A stretch of DNA of 31,373 bases from Chromatiales bacterium. GTDB taxonomy: Bacteria; Pseudomonadota; Gammaproteobacteria; UBA6429; Thiohalophilaceae. A program made the position numbers and the translations under genes. The stretch is from the NCBI GenBank assembly GCA_027001895.1, contig JALTLP010000374.1, positions 1 to 31,373 on the forward strand, read 5' to 3'. The notes beneath the pieces were generated by a model that was given only the letters and a program-made list of their open reading frames with translations, had not been told where the DNA came from and did no database searches. Shown here piece by piece: positions 1-9,014 of the stretch (positions are counted from its first letter, which is position 1; each line of letters opens with the position of its first letter).

Positions 1-60
1 CATGCAGATAAAACCGTTGCAGATTTGTATAAAACCTTTGGCATGATGGCAAAAAAATAA
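1..60 (+). CDS. 3' end of an upstream gene (partial), probably tripartite tricarboxylate transporter substrate-binding protein (TctC-like)
   Basis: Frame 1 is open from the window edge: HADKTVADLYKTFGMMAKK*, TAA at 58-60. Identity inferred only from its position ahead of tctB/tctA. Confidence 0.45.
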   Translation, partial: HADKTVADLYKTFGMMAKK

Positions 61-84
61 TCCTGTAGTTGGTTAGTTACCTGA

Positions 85-111
85 CTGTAACAGGCAATAT
101 TCCTGTTACAG
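85..111 (+). other. Intercistronic hairpin (mRNA stabiliser or attenuator after the binding-protein gene)
   Basis: Perfect 10-bp inverted repeat CTGTAACAGG-caatatt-CCTGTTACAG with no U-tract. Such hairpins are common after substrate-binding protein genes. Confidence 0.5.
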
Positions 112-158
112 GAAGGTGGCATTTTTCCTGGTGTTTGATTGTAAGAGAGTAAACGCAC

Positions 159-668
159 ATGACAAGAGATAAACGAGACAGTATTGCCTACCTGGTGGTT
201 ATTGGTTTTTGCATATTAATGCTTGCCTGGGGAATTCCCGCTTATACACCTGAGTATCCTGGCTATGGTGCATCGCCGGCACTGGTCTCGAATGTGGCTG
301 TAAGTCTGATGATGGTGATGGCTATTCTCTCGCTTATCCGTGTTGCAGCAGAACGCAGGCGTAATTCCGGACAACAAACATCCTCTACAGAGGACGGTGA
401 GGATGACAGCGGGTTTACCCAGGTTGGACGCGTTAACCTGGCGCATCTTGCCGGTATTATGATCCCCTGTGTCTTGCTGGTTATTCTTATTGATTACATT
501 GGCTATGAGTTGGCATCGTTTGCTTTTCTGATGACCTTGCAATACGTCATTGGTAATCGTAACTGGATGCAATCTATTATTTTATCCATTGTGTTAACGG
601 CGGTTCTCTACATTGTTATGCGCTATGGTTTTGGTGTGCCGGTACCTGGCCCGCAAATTTTTTCATAA
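159..668 (+). CDS. tctB: Tripartite tricarboxylate transporter small membrane subunit, TctB family
   Basis: 169 aa, about 4-5 TM segments with a hydrophilic loop, C-terminal 'YIVMRYGFGVPVPGP' typical of TctB, directly upstream of tctA. Confidence 0.8.
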   Translation: MTRDKRDSIAYLVVIGFCILMLAWGIPAYTPEYPGYGASPALVSNVAVSLMMVMAILSLIRVAAERRRNSGQQTSSTEDGEDDSGFTQVGRVNLAHLAGIMIPCVLLVILIDYIGYELASFAFLMTLQYVIGNRNWMQSIILSIVLTAVLYIVMRYGFGVPVPGPQIFS

Positions 669-709
669 CACTTAAGCATTAATAAATTAACTATTCGGGA
701 ATTTAAACG

Positions 710-2257
710 ATGGAAATGATTTTAGCGGGGTTGCTGGACGCCCTTTCTCCTGCCAGTCTGATGTTTGTTTTTGTCGGCGTTGCGGTCGGTGTACTTATTG
801 GTGCCATTCCTGGTATTAATGGGCCAATGGCCATTGCGCTTTTTATTCCTATTACATATTACATGACACCATTGACGGCAATCGGTTTTCTGGTTGGTCT
901 GAACAAGGGTGCTTTCTTTGGTGGCGCGGTATCTGCGGTGCTATTACGTACGCCCGGCACCCCGGAAGCAGCGGCTACCGCCTGGGATGGTTATCCGCTT
1001 ACTCAGCAGGGCAAAGGCGAAAAAGCCTTACGCATGGCATTGTATAGTTCGGTTGCCGGTGACTTTATATCAACGGTGGTCCTGATTGTTATTGCCGCGC
1101 CGCTGGCAGCGGTTGCATTATTTATGGGGCCGGCAGAAATCTTTGCACTGATTTCACTTGCGCTTACTGTTATTGCCGGCATTGGTACCCGCTCGATTGC
1201 ACGGGGTTTGATTGCGGCCGGTTTTGGAATTTTACTGGGGCTTATCGGTACCGAACCCGTTACTGCTTTACCGCGATTAACGTTCGATATTTATCAGCTT
1301 GGTAGCGGCCTGTCATTAATACCGGTTGCGATAGGTTTACTGGCTTTCTCAGAAATAATTTTACAACTGGAAACCATTGTTGCAAAAGGTGGTGCTAAAC
1401 AGGCGGCTATAGAGTTTTCTAAAAAAGCCGAAGACCGCTTGTTACCATTTAAAGAGTTTTATAAAAATATCAAAACCTTGTTACGTGGCAGCTTTATTGG
1501 TATTGGTGTAGGTGCAATGCCGGGGCTGGGTGCGCCGGTGGCATCGTTTATGTCTTATGACCAGGCGATGAAGCGTTCACCTCATAAGGATGAATTTGGT
1601 AAGGGGCGACTGGAAGGTATTGCTGCTTCTGAATCGGCCAATAGTTCAGTGGTTGCGGCCAGCCTGATACCGTTGTTTGTGCTGGGTATTCCTGGCAACC
1701 TTGCGGCGGCGATGTTGATGGGTGCATTTATGATCCACGGTATGCAACCGGGGCCACTGTTGTTTAAGGAAAATGCGCAGTTAATGTATGGCATTTATGG
1801 CAGCCTGTTATTGGCTAGTATTTTGTTACTTGTTATAGGTCGTTTTGGACTGCGCTATTTTTGTAAGGCGGTAAATATCCCGTCGATGATTCTTTACCCT
1901 ATCGTAATATTTACCTGTTTGATGGGGGCTTATCTTGGTAAGTCATCGATGTTCGATGTGGGCATCATGCTAACATTTGGTTTTGTTGGCTATTTTATGC
2001 GGAAGTTTGACTATTCATACGTAGCTTTCTTAATTGGTTTTATTCTGGCACCGGAATGGGAACGTGCATTACAGCAGGTCGTTATTATTTCTGAATATGA
2101 CACGTTTATGTTTTTCCAACGTCCGGTTGCGGTGATACTTATGGTGCTGACCGTGTTTGTTATTTCAAGAACCTGTTGGGGAGGCATTACGGGTAATCGC
2201 AAGAAAAAAGAACTGGATATTGCTGCAGAAGCTGCAGGTGCACATAAAGCCGATTAA
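710..2257 (+). CDS. tctA: Tripartite tricarboxylate transporter large membrane subunit, TctA family
   Basis: 515 aa polytopic membrane protein with TctA signatures GAIPGING, LLRTPGTPEAAAT, GAMPGLGA, EGIAASESANSS, PLFVLGIPG, HGMQPGP. Confidence 0.93.
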   Translation: MEMILAGLLDALSPASLMFVFVGVAVGVLIGAIPGINGPMAIALFIPITYYMTPLTAIGFLVGLNKGAFFGGAVSAVLLRTPGTPEAAATAWDGYPLTQQGKGEKALRMALYSSVAGDFISTVVLIVIAAPLAAVALFMGPAEIFALISLALTVIAGIGTRSIARGLIAAGFGILLGLIGTEPVTALPRLTFDIYQLGSGLSLIPVAIGLLAFSEIILQLETIVAKGGAKQAAIEFSKKAEDRLLPFKEFYKNIKTLLRGSFIGIGVGAMPGLGAPVASFMSYDQAMKRSPHKDEFGKGRLEGIAASESANSSVVAASLIPLFVLGIPGNLAAAMLMGAFMIHGMQPGPLLFKENAQLMYGIYGSLLLASILLLVIGRFGLRYFCKAVNIPSMILYPIVIFTCLMGAYLGKSSMFDVGIMLTFGFVGYFMRKFDYSYVAFLIGFILAPEWERALQQVVIISEYDTFMFFQRPVAVILMVLTVFVISRTCWGGITGNRKKKELDIAAEAAGAHKAD

Positions 2258-2310
2258 GTTGTTCTTAATAAAAATAAATTGTTAATAAACAAGTCTGGAG
2301 AAGTACACAA

Positions 2311-4698
2311 ATGAAAAAAATGACCGATGCAGAGTTAAAGAAAAAACTCGGTGATACCTATACCGCACCAGTCGGGTTATACGCCAAAACAAAAGACATG
2401 CCATTTCTTGGCAGTGTCAGTTGTAACATTGAAGAAATGGTGGCCGGTTCCTGGCAGGAAGTTATTATTGTTTATACCTTAGGTCAGTCGGGTATGGCCG
2501 ATGGTTCGTGGTTTAAAGCCACCTTCCGTTTTTATTCCGACTGGGAACTCTTTCAGACAACCGACCCGGCAGGCGCAAACTATATTTCTGCTGAATACCA
2601 TGCCTGTCCTACATTAGAAGGCCAGAGCCCGGCATCGGTACAAAAGCTTTCGGTGCGTTTTGACCAGAAGGGTCACGAACGTCCATTCCAGAAAGCGGTT
2701 ATCGTTGATACTTACGATGGTTATTTAAAAGCCGGTGATCAAATTGTTATTCGCCTTGGCGACAGACGGTTTGGTGGGCCAGGTACGCGGGTACAAACAT
2801 TTACAGAAGAATTTTTTAAATTCCGCTGCTATGCTGACCCTCTTGGAACTTCGCGTTTTGCTGCGGTAGAGCCTGACTTAACCATTAATATCAAACCCGG
2901 TGGGCCGGCATTATTACAATGGGCCGGTTCACGTTTAGTTAAACAGGGTGAAAAAATTCCATTACGTATTCGTGCCGAAGATGAATGGGGTAACACCTGC
3001 TGGGATCGTGCTGAGAAAGTGCATATTGTTGCAAACCTGGATGGTAAAGAATGTTATAAGAAAACGATTACCCTACCGAAAAAAGGCTGGGCCGTGCAGT
3101 TACTCGAAGACATGCCAACCGATAAACCCGGTGAACTGGAAATTGTTGCCACCATGCCGGAACACCCGGCAGTTAAACACCATACTTTCTATGTAACGGT
3201 TGATAAAGACATCGACTTCCCTCGCATATACTACACAGATTTACACGTGCATTCAGAAGATACGGTGGGGACGAACTCTACCAGTTATAACCTGACTTAT
3301 GGCCGTGATGTAACCGGGCTGGATGTACTGGCCTTTGCACATAACGACTTTAATATTACGACCGAACGCTGGAAAAAAACCGTTGAGCTTATTCGCGAGA
3401 TAACAAAAGACGGTGAGTTCGTTGCTTACCCGGGAACAGAGTGGTGTGGTAGCTCCTGTGCCGGCGGTGATCATAATGTTATTTTCCTGCACGATGATGA
3501 ACCGGAATTCCCTTACCTGAAAGATGGTACACACGTGCGCTCGGTAGACTGGAACGAAGACACCGGCTCAACCGTTGCCGATCCAGGTGCCTGGCCACTG
3601 GAAGAACTCTGGGCGGCTTATGTTGACGATCCGGAAGGGCACCTGTTAACCCCACATGTGGGTGGTCGTCGTTGTATCCTCGACTGGCATCATCCTGAAC
3701 TGGAGAAGCTGATAGAAATTGGTTCTGCCTGGGGACACTTTGGCTGGCTATATGAAGATGCCATGCAGCGCGGTTATAAAATTGGTGCAAGCATGGCCGG
3801 TGACGAACATCGTGGTCGTTGTGGTGGTGGTGTACCGGGTACGGCCGTATTTGGTACCAAGGGTGGTATCTCAGGCGTGATTTCCCCTGAGTTATCACGC
3901 AAGGCCATCGGTGTTGCTTTACGTGAACGTCATACCTTTGCATCAACCGGTGAACGCACTTTTGGCTTAACAACCTGTGGCAAGTATATGATGGGTGACG
4001 AGTTTGAACACTCCGGCGCTGCACAAATTAATTACCGTTTTCTGGGTGATGCGGGCTGGGACGAAATTATTGCCTATGATCATGAAGGTGAAATCTGGCG
4101 GCGTGATTTGCAAAAAGAACTGGGTTACTCTGACCGCAAGATACGCTTCCGTTGGGGCGGCGCACGGATTAAAGACCGTTACCGTTGGGCTGTGTGGAAA
4201 GGCAAGATAACCATAACCAATGCAGTTATTAACGAATTTGAAGGACTGGGTTTTGAACACAAGGAAGAAACCTGCTGGCGTGAAAACCCGACCACGATTG
4301 GTTTTAAGAGCGATACCTATGGGGATGTCGATGCGATAGAAATGGATGTGTCGCATCTTGCAACAGCAACAATAAAAATAGAAGGCACGATTGACGGCTA
4401 TGTAAAAGTAGGTGATCCGTTAAAAGGCAACCCATTCGTACATTGCCCAACCTTTACCTGGGAATTTACCGGCGAAGAATTACTTGAAGCAGCAAGGATG
4501 AAAAAAGATTTACCGGGCGTTGATATGTTTTTGGCAATGGAACGTATGAGTGATTCGCCTGCACCACGGGAAGTGACCGGTAACTTCGAAGTATCACCTA
4601 ACAATGGGCCGCATGGTCATCGTCCGGTATACATTGTTGCACATCAGGTAGACGATGCAAAAATATGGACTTCTGCTTTGTTTATTACCTTTAAATAA
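2311..4698 (+). CDS. Large PHP-fold metallohydrolase-like protein of unknown function (DUF3604-like)
   Basis: 795 aa, GGAG RBS upstream, no signal peptide. Metal-ligand-like motifs DLHVHSED, HND, PGTEW, DHNV, PHVGG, GDEHRG. The DUF assignment is from recall. Confidence 0.6.
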   Translation: MKKMTDAELKKKLGDTYTAPVGLYAKTKDMPFLGSVSCNIEEMVAGSWQEVIIVYTLGQSGMADGSWFKATFRFYSDWELFQTTDPAGANYISAEYHACPTLEGQSPASVQKLSVRFDQKGHERPFQKAVIVDTYDGYLKAGDQIVIRLGDRRFGGPGTRVQTFTEEFFKFRCYADPLGTSRFAAVEPDLTINIKPGGPALLQWAGSRLVKQGEKIPLRIRAEDEWGNTCWDRAEKVHIVANLDGKECYKKTITLPKKGWAVQLLEDMPTDKPGELEIVATMPEHPAVKHHTFYVTVDKDIDFPRIYYTDLHVHSEDTVGTNSTSYNLTYGRDVTGLDVLAFAHNDFNITTERWKKTVELIREITKDGEFVAYPGTEWCGSSCAGGDHNVIFLHDDEPEFPYLKDGTHVRSVDWNEDTGSTVADPGAWPLEELWAAYVDDPEGHLLTPHVGGRRCILDWHHPELEKLIEIGSAWGHFGWLYEDAMQRGYKIGASMAGDEHRGRCGGGVPGTAVFGTKGGISGVISPELSRKAIGVALRERHTFASTGERTFGLTTCGKYMMGDEFEHSGAAQINYRFLGDAGWDEIIAYDHEGEIWRRDLQKELGYSDRKIRFRWGGARIKDRYRWAVWKGKITITNAVINEFEGLGFEHKEETCWRENPTTIGFKSDTYGDVDAIEMDVSHLATATIKIEGTIDGYVKVGDPLKGNPFVHCPTFTWEFTGEELLEAARMKKDLPGVDMFLAMERMSDSPAPREVTGNFEVSPNNGPHGHRPVYIVAHQVDDAKIWTSALFITFK

Positions 4699-4724
4699 TA
4701 ATAAAAGGCTCCTCCGCCCCTCAC

Positions 4725-4763
4725 AAGGGTAAAAAGTATTTATACTTTTTACCCTTTTTTTTT
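4725..4763 (+). terminator. Probable intrinsic terminator between convergent genes (possibly bidirectional)
   Basis: 15-bp perfect inverted repeat AAGGGTAAAAAGTAT-tt-ATACTTTTTACCCTT running into a T tract (4755-4763). Confidence 0.7.
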
Positions 4764-5784
4764 AAGCTGTTTTTTCTAACTGTTTAGTCATAACAGCAAT
4801 CCCTGCAACCATACCAACGACCGCTAACAATGACTCAAGTGATAAAGTAGAAATACCACTCAGCCCCTGGCCGATATTACAGCCATAAGCCATGATGGCG
4901 CCAATGCCCATCAGCGCACCACCGAGTACAGCCATTTTTGCCATGCCTTTATTGGGTGGGGTAATTTTAAATTGTCCTTTAATTATTGCCAGTACAAGTG
5001 AAACCACGGCTGTACCAATAACAAAAGAAATCGAGAAGGAGAATGCCGGTATTCGACCGGATAAGATAATATAACCAAAGCGTGCCATGGGCCCCGATAC
5101 GGTGATTGCTGAAGGTCGGGTTGGATCAAACTCGTCCTGTGCCAGTACGCCGGTAATGTACCAACTGGTAACAACAAGCAGACCAATAATAATACCTGCG
5201 CCCAACATTGTTTTATCTGTAGATTGTTTCCAGCCCTTAAAAATAAACAGCAATAATATAACGGCAACAACAGCAAGCACCAGCCACTGCGGTAAACCCA
5301 GTATTGTTGCTATTCCTGCATCACTGACTAATTCAACCGAGGTCATCTCGGTAAGGGACAGTCGAACCGATTCAAGAAAACCAAACTGGGTAATAGACGC
5401 AACAAGTGCAAAAGAAACAAGCGCAAGCAGCGAATGCATACTGCCTTCCATACTTTTTACAATGGTTCGTGCAGCACAACCCCCGGCGAGGGTTGCACCA
5501 ATACCAAATATAAAACCACCGACACTGGCACCAAACCAGTCCAGCGTGTGATTACGGTAAGACGACTCGGCAATGGCCACCATATCAAACATTTCCAGCA
5601 GTTGCGTACCGCTAATGCCAATTAGCAAGGTCACAGCAAACGCCAGAGCCTGGCGGTAATCTTTTATTAAAAGCAGGTTACTTGTTCCGGCAACCATACA
5701 AAAACGAAATGGTTGAACTATTACTGCAAATACAGCACCAACAGCCATACCGCCACCGACTAACCAGAGATTAAGTCCGCTCAT
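4762..5784 (-). CDS. YeeE/YedE (TsuA-like) thiosulfate/sulfur-compound transporter
   Basis: 340 aa, about 9 TM segments, conserved Cys motifs FRFCM, LAGGCAAR and AYGCNIGQGLSG, RBS GGGAGGA at 5791-5797. Confidence 0.88.
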   Translation of the reverse strand: MSGLNLWLVGGGMAVGAVFAVIVQPFRFCMVAGTSNLLLIKDYRQALAFAVTLLIGISGTQLLEMFDMVAIAESSYRNHTLDWFGASVGGFIFGIGATLAGGCAARTIVKSMEGSMHSLLALVSFALVASITQFGFLESVRLSLTEMTSVELVSDAGIATILGLPQWLVLAVVAVILLLFIFKGWKQSTDKTMLGAGIIIGLLVVTSWYITGVLAQDEFDPTRPSAITVSGPMARFGYIILSGRIPAFSFSISFVIGTAVVSLVLAIIKGQFKITPPNKGMAKMAVLGGALMGIGAIMAYGCNIGQGLSGISTLSLESLLAVVGMVAGIAVMTKQLEKTA

Positions 5785-5813
5785 TATTATTCCTCCCGTT
5801 TAAAAATGCCCTG

Positions 5814-6701
5814 TTATAATTTTTGCAGGCCGTGTTCTTTATAAATATTTATTGCCGTATCACTGAGCATAAATTCAAGGAACGGCTGGCCCCACTGTCC
5901 GGCATTGTTCATTAAACCAATATGGTAATCGGTGGTCACCGGTTTTTTTGTCTGGATATCGACCAGGTCGAAACTGTCAGGAAATATACGCGTATAGCGC
6001 AGAGCAAGGTGATAATAAACAACAGCCACGTCGGCAAGTCCCTGGTAAATAGCCTGTGGGACTTCGCGGTGGTGGATAGATTCACCAAATACTGTTTTGG
6101 CAGCGTCTCTGGCAATCAAATTTGCCAGGCTTGTTTTATCAAGGCCCTGCTCATCCGCCACTGTCATCAAGGTTTGTTTGTACACATTATAACTGGCAGC
6201 CTCGGTTACCGGGTTAGATATTGTCAGGCGCACATCGGCGCGTAACAGGTCGGCAACCCCCTGGATGGCTTTGGGATTACCTTTTTTAACCAGCAACACA
6301 TTGTCGCGGCTGCGCGCAAAAGCCTTGTGTGAATCAAGTTGTTGTTCCTCAACCAGTTTGTCGAGAATATTTTTCGGGCTGATAAAAATATCCGGCCGCA
6401 GATTAAGCCGCAAATTACCCAGCATCACGCCGCCTTTCAATACCGAATCGAGGATAACCCGGGGTGGGGTGGTTGCATAAAAGATATCTTCTACTTCGGG
6501 GTGTTGTTGCAAAAAGTAGCGGCAACAGGCTTGCAGGGCCATATGATGGTTGCCATCGGAAAACACCACCAGTTTTGCCTGTACTGGATCGCCATGAAAA
6601 TCCAGGCAAATATTCGACCCGGCCTGATTCCAGCTATTGCTGTCGGCGTAATCCCCCCGGCTTGCTTCCAGTGGCCAGTGTAATTGAGTGTCCATTGCCA
6701 T
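5814..6701 (-). CDS. ModA-like substrate-binding-fold protein, no evident signal peptide
   Basis: 295 aa. Segments LLVKKGNPKAIQGVADLL, ISNP.TEAASY, IHHREVPQAIYQGLADVAVVY and FLEFMLSDTAINIYKEHG resemble molybdate/tungstate-type binding proteins. N-terminus is hydrophilic. Confidence 0.6.
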   Translation of the reverse strand: MAMDTQLHWPLEASRGDYADSNSWNQAGSNICLDFHGDPVQAKLVVFSDGNHHMALQACCRYFLQQHPEVEDIFYATTPPRVILDSVLKGGVMLGNLRLNLRPDIFISPKNILDKLVEEQQLDSHKAFARSRDNVLLVKKGNPKAIQGVADLLRADVRLTISNPVTEAASYNVYKQTLMTVADEQGLDKTSLANLIARDAAKTVFGESIHHREVPQAIYQGLADVAVVYYHLALRYTRIFPDSFDLVDIQTKKPVTTDYHIGLMNNAGQWGQPFLEFMLSDTAINIYKEHGLQKL

Positions 6702-6784
6702 AATATATGTAAGTTATTGATTGAAAGCAACTTTTCTATGCATTAAACAGCAAATTTTTGCTTAAACTGCGCCAAGTTTTAGAG

Positions 6785-6798
6785 TATACTAGCGCGCC
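6785..6798 (+). promoter_or_regulatory. Putative sigma70 -10 plus GC-rich discriminator for the tRNA gene
   Basis: TATACT (6785-6790) followed by AGCGCGCC, typical of stable-RNA promoters. The -35 is ambiguous (TTGCTT at 6758-6763 is 21 nt away). Confidence 0.45.
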
Positions 6799-6862
6799 TT
6801 GTCTGACCGCAGGCGGTCTTGCAAGCGAACCGCCAACATCTGGATTAGGCGGTTTTTTATAT

Positions 6863-6939
6863 GGCTACATAGCTCAGCTGGTTAGAGCACAACACTCATA
6901 ATGTTGGGGTCCCTAGTTCGAATCTAGGTGTAGCCACCA
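6863..6939 (+). tRNA. tRNA-Met (elongator, anticodon CAT)
   Basis: 77 nt GGCTACATAGCTCAGCTGGTTAGAGC...CTCATAA...GTTCGAATC...TGTAGCCACCA with cloverleaf stems and encoded CCA. The GGCTAC acceptor stem resembles enterobacterial elongator tRNA-Met rather than fMet or Ile2. Confidence 0.95.
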
Positions 6940-6950
6940 TATCAATCATT

Positions 6951-6988
6951 AAGCCCGGTTTTCTTTACTAAAGAAGTCGGGCTTTTTT
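6951..6988 (+). terminator. Intrinsic terminator after tRNA-Met
   Basis: AAGCCCGGTTTTCTTT...AAGAAGTCGGGCTT hairpin (with G-U pairs) followed by a T run. Confidence 0.75.
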
Positions 6989-7012
6989 GTGGGTTGCAGT
7001 TGCTGATTGCTA

Positions 7013-8347
7013 CTATGATTTCAGTGGCAGACTGATGTCCACTTTAAAACCTCCGAGTTTGTCTGAGCGGTTGAAATCAACATCACCCTTGTAGTCATTG
7101 ACAATATCGGTCGATATCGCCAGACCAAATCCATGGCCTGTCATTTTTTCATCCAAACGAACGCCTCTCTGAGATAGTGCAGAAATTTTTTCCGGGTCAG
7201 CACCTGTGCCATCATCTTCTATACAAATGTGAAGATGTATGTCACTTTGTACTGTCAATAAGACGGTTTGTTGTGCCCACTTGCAAGCGTTATCCAGCAG
7301 GTTGCCCATTAGTTCCAGCATATCCTGCCGGTCAATATGGTTAATAGTGTTTTCATTAATATTATTAATAAATTGAATTGTTTTATCGGGATACATCATC
7401 TTAAGTGTATTAATAAGGTCCGGCAGATCATGTTGAAAAGAAAATATAGCGCCACTATATGTTGAGCCGGGCGTTGAGCCGGCGACCTGCGCACGTTTAA
7501 GAATGTGATCTGAAATCTGATAAATATAGTCGGTTTGTTTTAACAATAAATTTTTATCGTATTCATTAAAATTATTATTCTCGGATACCTGTTTAATAAC
7601 AGTTAAGGGTGCTTTTATAGCATGCGCTAAATCACTTAAAGCATCCCGTGAGCGAAGCAGGCGTCGCTGCATCACATCGAGTAAATGGTTAACTTCGTTA
7701 ATTAAGGGTTGTAACTCTGAGGGTGCATTGGTATCAAGTTTTTGTAATTGCCCCTGTTGCAGTTTTATTAACTCATTCTGTGTTTTATTGAGAGGCTTTA
7801 AACTTTTATGAAGTATAAATATTTGTAAGGTAACAAGGATGAACAGCATACCGGAAGAAACAATAGCAAACCAGTATTTAAACTGGTGAATATTATCGTT
7901 AATTGGATTCAGATCTTCCGCAACAACAATTGTGAGCGGAATGCCATATTTTTTATATCCAATACTCAGAAGGAGTAATGCCTGTTCCTCGGGGCCTGTC
8001 TGTATAGTTGTTGTTTTTTGCCCGGTATTAACTGGCGTGGTGTTTAATGTTGTATCCCATAAAGACCGGGATGCAAAAGATTGTTTATCCGTTAATATGA
8101 CATAGTAATGACCGGAAAATGGCTGACTATAAATCTGGTCGATACGTATGTTATTTATTTCAAGCTGATTTTTTTTATTAAGTTTAATACTGCTTAGTAA
8201 TGTTTCGGCATCGTGTTGCAAACGGGATGTAATATAATCTTCAGCAAGGCTTTGTATGCTCAGGCTAACCAGCAGCCATAATGCTGTAAAAATAATGATC
8301 AGGCTTATTAATAACCCACCACCTAGTTTGGATTGTAAGGATTGCAT
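7013..8347 (-). CDS. Sensor histidine kinase, BqsS/CarS (PhoQ-like) family
   Basis: 444 aa: two TM helices around a periplasmic domain (PFSGHYY, SRSLWD), HAMP (PSELQPL), H-box DLAHAIKAPL, N-box GNLLDNACKW, G-boxes IEDDGTG and GHGFGLAI. Confidence 0.9.
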   Translation of the reverse strand: MQSLQSKLGGGLLISLIIIFTALWLLVSLSIQSLAEDYITSRLQHDAETLLSSIKLNKKNQLEINNIRIDQIYSQPFSGHYYVILTDKQSFASRSLWDTTLNTTPVNTGQKTTTIQTGPEEQALLLLSIGYKKYGIPLTIVVAEDLNPINDNIHQFKYWFAIVSSGMLFILVTLQIFILHKSLKPLNKTQNELIKLQQGQLQKLDTNAPSELQPLINEVNHLLDVMQRRLLRSRDALSDLAHAIKAPLTVIKQVSENNNFNEYDKNLLLKQTDYIYQISDHILKRAQVAGSTPGSTYSGAIFSFQHDLPDLINTLKMMYPDKTIQFINNINENTINHIDRQDMLELMGNLLDNACKWAQQTVLLTVQSDIHLHICIEDDGTGADPEKISALSQRGVRLDEKMTGHGFGLAISTDIVNDYKGDVDFNRSDKLGGFKVDISLPLKS

Positions 8348-9012
8348 TAGTTATGGTCCTTAAAGACATAACCCTGACCACGTCGGGTTTCAATGCGCTC
8401 TTTTCCAAGAATCTGGCGTAAGTGTCGCACATAGACTTCAATGACATTGCTGTCTTTCTCTGAATCAAAATCATAGACATGTTCGGTCAGTTTTGTTTTA
8501 GACAATACTTTGCCTGGATTCAATAAAAAATAACGTAACAATCGGTATTCTACACCGGTTAGTTTATGTTCCTGATTATCTTCGGTTGTGACGGTTTGTT
8601 TTTCCTCGTCGAGAGACAGGCCGGCAACATCAAGTTTTCCTCCGGGCTGTTGACTTGAACGATGCAGTAAGGCGGTAATTCTTGCCAGCAGTTCTTCTAC
8701 ATGGAAAGGCTTACCCAGATAATCATCGGCTCCGGCTTTAAAACCATCAACACGTTCATGCCAGGCATTGCGGGCTGTCAGAACAATGACGGGCAGGTGA
8801 TTATTTTTTTGTCGCCAGTTTTTGAGTACATCAAGTCCACTACGTTCAGGTAAACCCAGATCAAGTACGGCAATGTCATAGAGCATTTCATTACCCATAA
8901 ATTCAGCCGATACGCCATTATCTGCTGCATCGACAGCATATCCTGCATTTTTCAAATACTTTTTGAGTGTAGCGACCAGATCTTTATCATCTTCTGCGAG
9001 CAATAATCGCAT
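8347..9012 (-). CDS. OmpR/PhoB-family response regulator (BqsR/CarR-like)
   Basis: 221 aa receiver (LLAEDD, VLDLGLP, GADDYLGKPF) plus winged helix (SNVIEVYVRHLR, ETRRGQGY). Its stop overlaps the kinase start by 1 nt. Confidence 0.93.
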   Translation of the reverse strand: MRLLLAEDDKDLVATLKKYLKNAGYAVDAADNGVSAEFMGNEMLYDIAVLDLGLPERSGLDVLKNWRQKNNHLPVIVLTARNAWHERVDGFKAGADDYLGKPFHVEELLARITALLHRSSQQPGGKLDVAGLSLDEEKQTVTTEDNQEHKLTGVEYRLLRYFLLNPGKVLSKTKLTEHVYDFDSEKDSNVIEVYVRHLRQILGKERIETRRGQGYVFKDHN

Positions 9013-9014
9013 GT

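Noticed and set aside
6863-6939. Initiator tRNA-fMet or tRNA-Ile2 identity for the CAT tRNA
   Set aside because: It has a paired G1-C72 and lacks the three G-C pairs in the anticodon stem of initiators; the acceptor stem resembles elongator Met rather than Ile2.
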